From contig CAXHJY010000023.1 in NCBI GenBank assembly GCA_964016885.1, positions 62,001 through 126,000 of the forward strand: a DNA stretch of 64,000 nucleotides. The letters run 5' to 3'. Of the stretch, positions 34,154-49,303 are shown piece after piece. Every line of letters begins with the position of its first letter. The first letter of the stretch is position 1. The position numbers and the translations under genes were made by a program. The notes beneath the pieces were generated by a model. It was given only the letters and a program-made list of their open reading frames with translations. It was not told the DNA's origin and did no database searches. Origin of the DNA: Eledone cirrhosa (taxonomy: Eukaryota).

Positions 34154-34482
34154 ATATTAATAAAAGGAATTCGATGTTTGTCTGATTTACTCGTTTTATT
34201 TACAATCCTTTAAAATTATAATGATATTATTATAATTGCAAACAATTTTCAACTGACTGTTGAAAATTGCAAACTTGACTGTCACCATAGAATATGAACC
34301 TGAAGATTGCGGAAGCATGAAAGAACTTGTTCACTTAACATTTAACATTTAATATTCTACCATATTATTTCATTCTAATATCATTATAATTTTAAAGGAT
34401 TGTAAATAAAACGAGTAATTCAGACAAAGTTGGAATTCCTTTTATTAATATAATATTCTATACACAATCATACACACCCGTG
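34154..34482 (+). mobile_element. Family G foldback element (arms 34154-34229 and 34376-34451); HHR-like motif at 34295-34333 (+)
   Basis: ~75-bp inverted repeat; TGAAC-CTGAAGA-tTGCggaaGCAt-GAAA-GaaC-TT^GTTCA. Confidence 0.75.
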
Positions 34483-34670
34483 TATATTTATTTATCTATC
34501 TATCTATTTTTATATTTTGTTATTGCCTCCTCCTTATTGAGGACGCCTTGTTTTGTAAACTCCCCCTTTGTACTTGTCCCACTTTTGACGCCCTGGTGGC
34601 AAATAAAAGAAACATATCTATCTGTGTGTGTGTGTGCATGCATGCATGCATATATGTATGTATGTATGTA

Positions 34671-35064
34671 TATTGTTATACTTGGGGAGGGTCATATTTG
34701 TGTAATATTGCCAGAATTAATAACAGAACACACTCACTGTTTGATTGGTTTCCGCTTCTCGCTTCTGTGTATTTTATATCGGTAATCTAACTTACTCGGT
34801 CCTCAGTGTTGCCATTGACTGACCGACGGTCAAAAATAATACAGATACAATATAGACACAAACACATATATATAGTTTATCATAAATCTTTCGTTGCACA
34901 TTTGGAACATCGTCAGTGGTGCTATATTTTCCTCCTGTTGTATTGTATGTCTACGCCATTTGTGTTCTGTTATTAATTCTGGCAATATTACACAAATATG
35001 ACCCTCCCCAAGTATAACAATATTTGTTTCGACTCACAATTTCATATAAAAAACCTCGAAATCT
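34671..35064 (+). mobile_element. Family I foldback element; degenerate HHR at 34878-34921 (-)
   Basis: 34671-34731 is inverted at 34961-35021, followed by a tail; minus strand CTGACGA-tGTT..AAC-GAAA-gatt-TA. Confidence 0.7.
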
Positions 35065-35115
<51 letters not shown>

Positions 35116-35117
35116 GA

Positions 35118-35296
35118 TGGCTTCCACAGGACTAGAACTGTTTCATTCAAAGGAAATCATTAGTAAAGCCCTGATGATTGCGTTGGAATGAAACATTTCT
35201 CGTCCTGTAGAAGCCATTTCTATATTAAATATGTATACCCTACTATGTATTGATTACCTTACTTACTGTGATTACCACCGTTTGAACCCGGGATAC
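35118..35296 (+). mobile_element. Diverged family A-like foldback element
   Basis: ATGGCTTC.ACAGGAC.AGAA..GTTTCATTC inverted with GAATGAAAC..TTCT.GTCCTGT.GAAGCCAT; tail homologous to family A. Confidence 0.75.
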
Positions 35297-35329
<33 letters not shown>

Positions 35330-35618
35330 CTATAAATTCTGTCCATAGAATCATTTGATAAGATATATACACCATTTCCTCTCCCAATTAGCATAATCAA
35401 CCACACAAAAAACAATTAAACCAGGCTGTAAGAGTAAAAGGCACCTATGAAGAAATAATTGATAAATAAACGACAGCCATCTATTCGCGATAGCTATAGT
35501 ATATTTACCCAGCATTTCAATAGCATGTGGAAATCGATTAAATATATCGTCAACCATACACAATTAGGTATAAAATTAAAGTTAGAAGAAAAAATGCATA
35601 TACACATACCAGGATTAC

Positions 35619-35700
35619 GTCGCTACCCTTTAGGGTTTCGTTCGCTTTTGGAAATATCCTATCAAGGATAAATTCTCGAGCTTCGAACTCATCAGGAAAC
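35619..35700 (-). ncRNA. Hammerhead ribozyme motif (family L) within a ~550-bp island (35330-35885)
   Basis: Minus strand: GTTTC-CTGATGA-GTTCG..TATCCTtgatAGGATA..CGAAC-GAAA-CCCtaaaGGG-TA^GCGAC; stem I is imperfect. Confidence 0.65.
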
Positions 35701-36740
35701 AAACTCACTTGGACGAACATTTTACTTAAATGATCCCCGCCAAAGACGAATTCAAAATGCCTAAGAACTGTGACGCGGCAGTGGTCAAGTCAGAAATAAT
35801 ATGATTGGTGCCTTACGGCGAGTGGGCTGGTTGCTAAAAAGCGCAGCCTAATATTGCCTAAATTGCATCTCAACCTTATGGGATATATATATATATATAT
35901 GAATATATATGCGTGTATATATCAATATATCTGCGTGTGCCTAAATTGCATCTCAACCTTATGGGAGATATATATATATATATATATATATGAATATATC
36001 TGAGTGTGTGTAGTGTGTGGTTGTTTGTAGCTGGGTATATATGTGAGAAGTAATATGCGAAGGTGGCAGGAGCAGTATCAGAAGTAATATCATTACCAAA
36101 TCTATTCGTAGACATCAGAAAATATCGGTTATCCGGTGCAAATCTTTAAACGATTTTCTTTTTGTTATTCTAGGTCTTTCATGTGTATTTCTGGGGGTTG
36201 ATTTAGCGAAGTGTGTGTATTTGTCTTGCCTATATGTGTGTGTGCATATGCGTGCAAGTTGGTATGTTTTGAGCTAACGCATGTTCTAAGTGTGTGAGAC
36301 TATGTGTTTTTGTGAATTGCATATATATGTATTTGTATGTGATATCTATTCTTACTTGATATATATAGGGCTTTCTGCCTTGGTATGTATGTATTTGTCT
36401 ACACAAATATCTATCTCTCTAACTATCTATCTGTTTTCAATATATATATGCAAGCGGATAAATATATTTATTTATTTATAGCAGATAGATAGTTAACCAA
36501 TATATATATATACATATATACAGAGAGAGAGAGAGAGAGGTGGAGGAAGAGGGGTGGGGGGACAGAAGGTTACACAAATAGATTAAAGGACAGGTGTGTG
36601 TTGGTGTCCACGTCTCAATATGTATGCGTGTGTTTGTGGGCGTCTAATTTCATGATTTAAAAATACAGCCAGAATTTCAGAAAAAGAATCTAGACAAATA
36701 TCTATTTACTGATGTGGGAAGTATCTAAACATTTGTTGAT

Positions 36741-36850
36741 AATCCCGCCGAGGTTAACTTTGCCTTTCATCCTTACGGGGTCGATAAAATAAAATACCAG
36801 TAACACTCTGGTATAATTGCTGGCCTTGTGCCAAAAGTAGAAACAATTAT
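36741..36850 (+). mobile_element. 5'-truncated SINE, same family as 16893
   Basis: AATCCCGCCGAGGTTAACTTTGCCTTTCATCC...GCCAAAAGTAGAAAC. Confidence 0.8.
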
Positions 36851-37819
36851 TATCATGTATAAATATTTTGTATCTCCAAAGAAATAGAAATACAGTTTTA
36901 GGAAGCCGTAGCTATGCAAACACCGGGAGGGGGGGGGGGGGCTAACGGCCTCTGGTGATGTCCAGCAGAAGCAAGGGGGACAACCGTCTATGCATTTTAG
37001 GCTTAACTGGCCTTCGTCAGGACGGTCCTTCCCACCGCTCATGTTTATTCTTGATGACCGACCTTGTCCTAGCTGCCGTTGTTTCTGTTGTTGTTACTGT
37101 GGTTGTTGTTACTGCTGTTGTTGCTGCTCTAGGTGTAGTAGTCGCTGTTATATTATTCTTTTAAATTTCTTTGTATGTTCATTTCCCCTTCGTTTCCTTG
37201 AAATATTTTATTTCATAAAGTTTGATATAATTATATTTGATCATCAGAGAATTTCCTTTATTTCTAAATATATTTCGTTGTTAATAGTATTATTGCTATA
37301 GTATGAATGTGTGATATATGTGTGTAAATGGTGACTGTAAATTTTAGGACTAAATATGACATATGTTATGATGTTTGTAGCGTAGGTTTGGTTTCGTTTG
37401 GAAGCAATTATTCTGCGTAGAAGATAGAGCCTATAAGAAAATATATATTTGAGTATCTCCGTCTCAGTGCAGCGTAAAACTAAAATATATTTGAAATATA
37501 TTTGAAATATATATATAAACACACAGCAGTGCAGTTGGAGATACACTGACACACTCATACACATATCTAGTATGTAAAGAGAGAAAGAGTGTGAGTTATT
37601 TAGGAAAAGATCGACTGACACACGATTCGTGATATTTTTAAAAATGTAAATAAGTCGTAAGTTGAACACTAAAGATCGATATATGTGAAAGGGTGAGTCA
37701 TGCCTATAGGGAGATATCTAATAAATCGAATACATAAAATTGAAGACGTTTCTCTGTCATAGTTTTAGAAATTCAACTCGTAATGATCTTATATATGTGT
37801 GTAGAGGATCTCCGTCCAT

Positions 37820-38665
37820 TGGATCGACGAATTTTCTAGTTGATTCGATCGATGAGTCAGCCAGCTAGTGCACATAGTTGAATATTCCAGAGATACGTGT
37901 AACCTTGGCGTAGTTAGTTCTCAGGGAAATTCGGTTTCACAAAATATGTTTAATAATACTGGCCCTTTGAATCACAAGTTTAAAGACCCCCTTCGGTCAC
38001 GAATGACCATGGGAATTTGCACCTAGAAAGTTCCCCTCCAAGGCAGAAGTCCAGGCAAAGTTGTTTGTGGAAGACCAGCAGTCGCCCTTACATACCAGTC
38101 TTCCCTCCCCTCGCCACAAATGTTGTCCAGGAAAAAGCAATGGCTGACACAGTTTGATACCAGTGGCACCACAACTCATTTCTACAGCTGAGTAAACTGG
38201 AACAACGTGAAATAAAGTGTCTTGCTCAAGAACTCAACGCAAAGCCCGGTCCGAGAATAGAAATCACATCCTCATGATTGTAAGCCCGACACTCTAACCA
38301 CTGAACTATAAGTACAACATATATTAACCTTTCTCAGTTTCTTGCTGGAAATTGAACTCACGATATTTTGATCGACTACCAAGAACCCTAAACCACATGT
38401 CTACACTATATCACATGTAGAAAAGAAATAAGACACTCGTTAGATTGGTGCAAGTTGAAGGAATAGACATCCGTCGTTTTTCAAGATGAGCATCCTATTT
38501 GATCGATCAACTAATCAGCCGGCTCGTGATATTAATATACAAGCGGCTGAGTATACCTTAAAGCAACTCTTAAGGTGATTTAATGGAACACACAGTGTAG
38601 CAAGGCTGACCCTTTAAATTCACACAGTGTAGCAAGGCTGACCCTTTAAATTAAAGGTACAGTAC
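37820..38665 (-). mobile_element. Cluster of SINEs: near full-length tRNA-derived SINE at ~37978-38308 flanked by fragments of a second family
   Basis: Reverse complement begins TAGTTCAGTGGTTAGAGTGTCGGGCTTACAATC (tRNA-like head); mutually similar fragments at 37820-37975 and 38460-38665. Confidence 0.7.
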
Positions 38666-39299
38666 ATCCTAGTGGCTTCCAAAGAGTTGCTGTCTACCCA
38701 ATGTCGCTCACAAGATACCTGTCAAAACAAGCCATACACTGTTAAAAACCCGGAACATAACGATTACGAAAAGAACGTGTTAACCATACGGAGATACTAC
38801 GTCCCCCACATGAAGTAATATCGCTAACAATTTAAGACGTGGATTAGCAGAGTCTTATAACGGTGGGATGGGGCCCAAGTTCGGACCATGGGGACTGATC
38901 CCTGATCTCTAAACTCGATCAGGCGAACAACAACATGGCTTCAACTAATAAAGTAGAAGAAAAAGAAGAAGAAGGGTCCGTACCTCCCGTCTATCTTTCC
39001 ACCCTACTAGAAGTATTCCGTCGAGGACTATGTTTTGTGAACACGTCTCCCCCCCCCCCCAGCCCTACTTACCCCCGAAAGTCATCAAAGCCATGATAGT
39101 ATGAATGGACCCGTAATTCCTGAAGGAGCCACGGCGGTGTGGTTATGACATACGGCATATCATGGGCAATTGTAACCTTGGTGAAACATATCTCCTTTCC
39201 AGGTATGAAAAGAGCGGCTTTCTTCCAGATAAGGAAGGAGTGTGAGAGAATAGAATAAAGAAAGAGATATAGACTGTGCTTCGACCGCAATACAAGATT

Positions 39300-39440
39300 G
39301 CTACATTTTTCATCAACCTCAACATCATGAAAAACAGGATTGACATCGGCGGGATTTGAAATAGGAATGCAGAGATCCAGACGGATTTCAGCAAAACTTA
39401 GTATCCGTTGTTCTAACGACTCTGCCAATTTGCCGCCTCC
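39300..39440 (-). mobile_element. Diverged SINE related to 16893
   Basis: Reverse complement GGAGGCGGCAAATTGGCAGAGTCGTTAG...TTCAAATCCCGCCGATGTCAA. Confidence 0.6.
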
Positions 39441-41189
39441 TTTCCTGATTACACAGTATAAAAATGTCAATAAGTTCTCTCAAAAAACGTACTATTCTTG
39501 TAATCGATCTTGCAACGACGAAAGATAATGTCGCAAAATTTGAGTAAAAATCTCACACAATTTATTCTCTAAGTATATCTTTTGGCTAATCACACCCATG
39601 CACTAAATAAGTTTTCAGTTGCCGATAGCTATAACAGAACATATAAGTTTATTATTTTTTTCCTACCTGTACCCTTATTATATATTTAAAGCATGGCTGT
39701 GATTTTATGATTCCTCAGGGAGAACATATTACGAATTTCATTCCTACTTAGAGACGACTAAACACAGGAAATTAATTTTTCTTTCGACAGAATTAGAGAA
39801 TTTCGTAACTTGTCATTGAACATCGATTCTTGCAGCCATGAAGTTTTTCACCAAAATTTCTATGGAAATATTTATAATATAATGCATAACCGGCGAAAAT
39901 ACGACTTCCATAAGAGATGTTATGGAAGTTTTATAAATATACATATGTGTGAGTGTTTTTGTTTGTATTTATGTCCGTGTGTGTATATATGGAAAGATAA
40001 ATACCTGGGTGTGCATACTTGTATGTATATGTTTGGCTTACTATATCTCTATATCTATCTATATGCGTGATGTGTTCATATAAGCTGAGACGAGAATACA
40101 TTGAAAGATATTCATCCTCGCACAGGCAAACTTATTGTCTACACACACACACACACACATACACACACACACATATATATATATTTGTGTGTGTGTATTT
40201 ATGTATGTATACATGTGTTTTTACATTCCTCCATCCATTCGCACACATACATACACACACACATACATACAGATTCATAGACACGCATATATGCATACAT
40301 AATACATCCATACATCCATACATTATCCTTGTTCGGAAATTTTTAAAAGACCAATATCGAAGTCAAAATATTCACAATTGAAATAGATTTAAAATTCCTC
40401 TCCCAGTCCTTCGACAAAGTTATTGCCCGAAGTCCGTTTGAAGTGTGTTAAATATATTTTAAATATACATTATTACATTTCCTTTCAGACACCATAACGA
40501 TTAATATTTAATATTTTATTTGTGACTTCGAATCTATGTTTTTGTTGAAGTGGTCAAACCTCATCTCTCTATCGGCCTTTCTTGCAATAATTAACTCGAT
40601 AGTTCAGAACAAAGCCTAGACAGCACGTCTATTCAGCAATCATTACAATCACACCAACACACGCACATACACAGGCATACACTCCCAAACACACACGGAT
40701 ACATTCACACACACACGGACTCATTCACAAACACAAACATATATATGTATACTTGTGTGTGTGTGGGGGGGGGGGGGTATATATATATATATATATATAT
40801 ATATTTGGCGCTAGGCTTTTATGTAATTCACAGTCGAGTTGTGTTATATATAGACTACTATCCAGGATTTTACTAATGCGTGTGAAGAGCAAAGAACTGG
40901 TGAAACGATATGTGATAGTGCATCCCAAAAAGATGTATTAGCATGTCTATATATAAACTATTTGTGAGTTGTACCTCAGTACGGAGAAATTAAAAGTCAC
41001 ATAACATGGATAAAGATACAAAAAAAAAAATAATCTTTATCCATGTAACAATAACTGCGAGAGATGTGACATTATCACAGCTTTCAATACCCACTGGGAG
41101 ACATATATTTGCTATATATAAACATATTTCATATTCTTCTATATAAGTCTCTATACCATATAATGCCATGTTAGTGGTGTGGCCAAATG

Positions 41190-41275
<86 letters not shown>

Positions 41276-41276
<1 letters not shown>

Positions 41277-41883
41277 TATATTAATAAATTGAAACTATAT
41301 TTATAAAACCATATTTATTTCATTATACATATTTCAAGGACAGCGAAGCAAAGTAGGGTGCGCTTTCATCAGATAAAATATAATAGAGATAAGTTTTGTA
41401 AACTAATATTGACATACCCTTAAAAGAATGCGACCATGTCTGTTGGAAGCTCCCGGATAGTGGGATTACTAATTTTATTATTGGTCTATTATGCAAATTA
41501 GTGTCCGAGAGGTTTAAATCCCATACATTAAAATTAAGCCGTTGGAATAGGGAAAAAATGAAAAGGAGAAAGAAAGAGCAGACCAATAATAAAATTAGTA
41601 ACCCCACTATCCGAGAGCTTCCAACAGACATGGTCGCATTCTTTTAAGGGTATGTCAATATTTGTTTATAAAACTGATCCCTATTATATTTTATCTGATG
41701 AAAGCGCACCATCATTTGCTTTGGTGTCCTTGAAATATATATAATGAAATAAATATGGTTTTATAAATATAGTTTCCATTTATTAATATATTGTATTTTT
41801 ACTCCAAAAATGTGTTGAGTGCTTTATATCAGTTATTAAAATATTTGCTTGTTACATCCCAACAAATTAAATATAACTTCTAC
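41276..41883 (+). mobile_element. Family B foldback element (arms ~41277-41487 and ~41580-41790, tail ~90 nt); HHRs at 41316-41380 (-) and 41687-41751 (+)
   Basis: ~210-bp inverted repeat; TATTTTAT-CTGATGA-AAGcGCACCA..TGGTGTcCTT-GAAA-TATATA-TA^ATGAAATA. Confidence 0.85.
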
Positions 41884-41902
41884 ATATATATATATATATA
41901 TC

Positions 41903-43409
41903 AACGCATACGCGGACCTCTCAACATTCGTTGGATTTTCTGATTGTATACTACCCAGGGAGCTGAGAGAAGGCACAATATGCCCTATACATAAAGGAGG
42001 TAGCAGAGCGGAGGCCAAAAACTATAGGCCAGTCTCCCTGACTTCGCATATCAGTAAGGTCATGGAGCGAGTTGTCAGAAAGAAACTGATCACTTTCCTC
42101 GAGGAAAATGACCGCCTGACTAGCACGCAGCATGGGTACTGAAACAACTAATAGACAGCTCACATGTAGACGTGATGTATCTTGACTTTGCGAAGGCCTT
42201 TGACAAAGTCGACCACGGAATGATATGTCACAAACTACACGGACTCGGCATGACTGGAAAAGTAGGTGAGTGGCTGCATGACTTCTTAAAGGACAGAAGC
42301 CAAACAGTCGCAGCAAACGGGGCCCTCACAAAGGAAACATTAATAACAAGTGGTGTGCCCCAAGGGACAGTCCTGGAACCACTACTGTTTTTGGTGGCTC
42401 TCTCCGACATGCCCTCTGTAGTACATACAACAACATCCCTCACTAGCTATGGTGATGAGACTAAGGTAGCACAGAAATCAGAAACCCGGCTGACGCTACC
42501 CTTTTACAACAAGATCTGGATGCTATATACAAATGGTCAGAAGAAAACAACATCCAGTTTAATGCTGGCAATTTCCAAGCCCTACAATACAAAGCTGCAA
42601 ACGCAAATACAGTACAACACAGTTACGCAGGACCAGGAGGGACGGTTATCCCCGTGTCAAAATCGGTACGTGACCTGGGTATAGACATGAGCGATGATGC
42701 ATCTTTTTCCTCACACATCATGAAAGTGCAGACGACTCGCTGGCTGGATGTTGAGGACTTTCCGGACAAGAGACCGTGACACCATGTTGACACTATGGAG
42801 GACAGTTGTCCTAAGCCGCCTGGACTATTGCTTCCAGTTGTGGTCACCCCATAGTATCAAACTTGAGGAAATCCAACGAAGCTACACCAAGAAGATTGCC
42901 ACGATGAAGGAGATAAGCTACTGCGAGAGGCTAAACGAACTGAAACTCTACTCCTTGGAAGGAAGACGGGAGAGATACGCAGTGATCTACATGTGGAAAA
43001 TCCTGGAGGTACTAGCACCAAACTTTGGCATTGGTAACTGGACCAACCGTCGAGCAGGTATCACTGTGTGGTGCCAAATGTCCTGTCTTCCACATCTAGA
43101 ATAAGGAGCAGATACTGTAATAGCCTGGGATTCAAGGGCCCTCAATTCGTCAACAAGCTGCCGAGGGATCTGAGAGATCTGCATGGTGTGGAGGTGAATG
43201 TCTTCAAGAAATATCTCGACACCTTGCTATCCAGTATCCCGGATGATCCCACAGCAAGTCATGAGGGAAATCTAAGGGCAGCAGCAACAAATTCCCTCTT
43301 ACACCAGTGGCCAACCTATACAGGCTGGAGATAAAATGTGTAGCAACAAGGGCGGGGCCCCAGCATGGCCACAGTCGGATAGCTGGAGCAGGTAAAGAGT
43401 AAAAGAGTA
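41903..43409 (+). pseudogene. 5'-truncated, disrupted CR1/L2-group non-LTR retrotransposon (RT domain and 3' end)
   Basis: Motifs PIHKGG..KNYRPVSLTS, QHGY, YLDFAKAFDKVDH, SGVPQGTVLEPLLF, YGDETK (decayed YADD), RLDYCFQLWSP, IQRSYTKKI across several frames; ends in an (AAAGAGT)-type tail. Confidence 0.9.
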
Positions 43410-43599
43410 TATACATATACATATATATACATATACATACATATATATATACATATACACACATATTTATATATATACATATATATGTATACATATACAT
43501 ACATACATATATGTATACATATACATATATATGTATACATATACATATATGTATACATATACATATATATACACATATACATATACATATACATATATA

Positions 43600-44161
43600 T
43601 CTCTATATATATAAAGATGAGGTTTTCTGTATGTGTGTGTATGTGTGTGTGGACAATTTTTAATGAGGGCTCATATATTCTAAACCATTCATGCGATTTC
43701 TTTGAAATTGTTTACAGAGATTCTGCTTGCAGAAAACCTGTGCATGATCTACAAATGCTCTCAAAAATCGATAATGGGGACTTTGGAGACATTAAAAGAG
43801 TTTCTGTTATTTGTGTCAATTTTCGTGATTAAGTAAGACAAGAGTTATCTTTCGTCAATACAATAGGAACTCATTTTTTATGTTGTCAATAATTTTGTGT
43901 GGGGATTTTGATTATTACAATTCGGCTTATTCGGATTTTACTTTACTCTTTGTACTTGAAACAAAAGTTTTCCTCTTGTCCAAAGAATGTATAAGACGGA
44001 TCACACCGAGCTCACGTTAATTATTTCGCTGGAATAGTGCCTAAGGTCTAATGTTTACATAGAGTACTTTTTTCTTCTATGTATTCAAGTTTACATTTTT
44101 TAGTTTAACGAGCTACATCGAAAGCTAATTGAACCATCCAAAGGACGTGTACTTTAGCTAG
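43600..44161 (+). mobile_element. Possible non-autonomous Helitron
   Basis: 5' TCTCTATATATATAAAGATGAG followed by a (TG)-rich tract, 3' ...GCTAG; subterminal hairpin is unconvincing. Confidence 0.45.
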
Positions 44162-47969
<3,808 letters not shown>

Positions 47970-48165
47970 GTTTTAATATAGATGAGATTCTACAGGACTA
48001 GAACTGTTTCATTCATAAGAAATCATCAGGAATCTGGGTATGAAAAAATAAATATGGTATTTATAGGTCTCTACAAGTGGTAGGAGAGGGTGGGGAGTGG
48101 GATGGGTGCAGGTCATTGGTTGATAGAAAAGGGAATTCATTAAAAGCTAATTCTACAAAGCTATC

Positions 48166-48210
<45 letters not shown>

Positions 48211-48223
48211 ATGTGTGTGTGTG

Positions 48224-48262
<39 letters not shown>

Positions 48263-49065
48263 GTATTATATATGTATGTATGTATGTGTGTATGTATGTG
48301 TGTGTACATGAATATATATTTATATATATTTATATATTTTTATATATGTGTGTGTGTTTTTATGTGTGTATATGTGTTTGTGTGTGTGTTTATGGTTGCG
48401 CGTAAGTGTGTGAGTGAGTATGTGTTTTTTTGTTTTTTTGTTTTTTTGTTTTTTTGTTTTTTTGTGAATGTGCCTGTTGATTTTTGGCATATAGTTGATT
48501 AGTTTAAGAGAAGTTCGAAGATAATAGTAAGATATGCACTCAGTATTTTGAATCTGTCTGCAGAATTCTCTAGACCTTTGTCACTTAGTAGAACCTTAAT
48601 GACTTTAGCTTTTAAAGAATCTCCCTTTTCTTTAATTCTAACGACCATGACTGACCCCCCACTGATTTTATAGACACCTGTTAGCTTAAGAGAAACTTAT
48701 TGACAGGGAATGGTATGCCATCCGGAACCTGTTTATAGAATTCTGTCTGCCTTTGTTACTCTAAAAACATAAATAAATATAAATCAAAATAAAAATAAAT
48801 TATAGCTTTGTAGAATTAGCTTTTAATGAATTCCCTTTTCTATGAACCAATGACCTGCACCCATCCCACTCCCCACCCTCTGCTACCACTTGTAGAGACC
48901 TATAAATACCATATTTATTTTTTGATACCCAGATTCCTGATGATTTCTTATGAATGAAACAGTTCTAGTCCTGTAGAATCTCATCTATATTAAAACTGTT
49001 ATACTCTGCTATGTATTGAGTACCTTACTTACTGTGGTTACCTCCGTTTCAACCCGGAATAACGT
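47970..49065 (+). mobile_element. Longest family A element (arms 47970-48164 and 48802-48996, tail to 49065); HHRs at 47985-48035 (-) and 48931-48981 (+)
   Basis: ~195-bp inverted repeat; AGATTC-CTGATGA-tTTCttatGAAt-GAAA-CAGttctagtcCTG-TA^GAATCT. Confidence 0.88.
48847..48908 (+). promoter_or_regulatory. Putative Pol II promoter in the family A repeat (CCAAT, CACCC boxes, TATAAATA)
   Basis: CCAAT at 48847, C-rich CACCC tract, TATAAATA at 48901, 30 nt before HHR stem I; motif match only. Confidence 0.35.
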
Positions 49066-49076
49066 ATATATACATA

Positions 49077-49184
<108 letters not shown>

Positions 49185-49189
49185 TATAC

Positions 49190-49232
<43 letters not shown>

Positions 49233-49237
49233 TATAC

Positions 49238-49280
<43 letters not shown>

Positions 49281-49303
49281 TATACATATATATACATATA
49301 TAT

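Noticed and set aside
48490-48770. Interior of the long family A element as PLE ORF remnant
   Set aside because: Frames checked by eye show no RT or GIY-YIG motif
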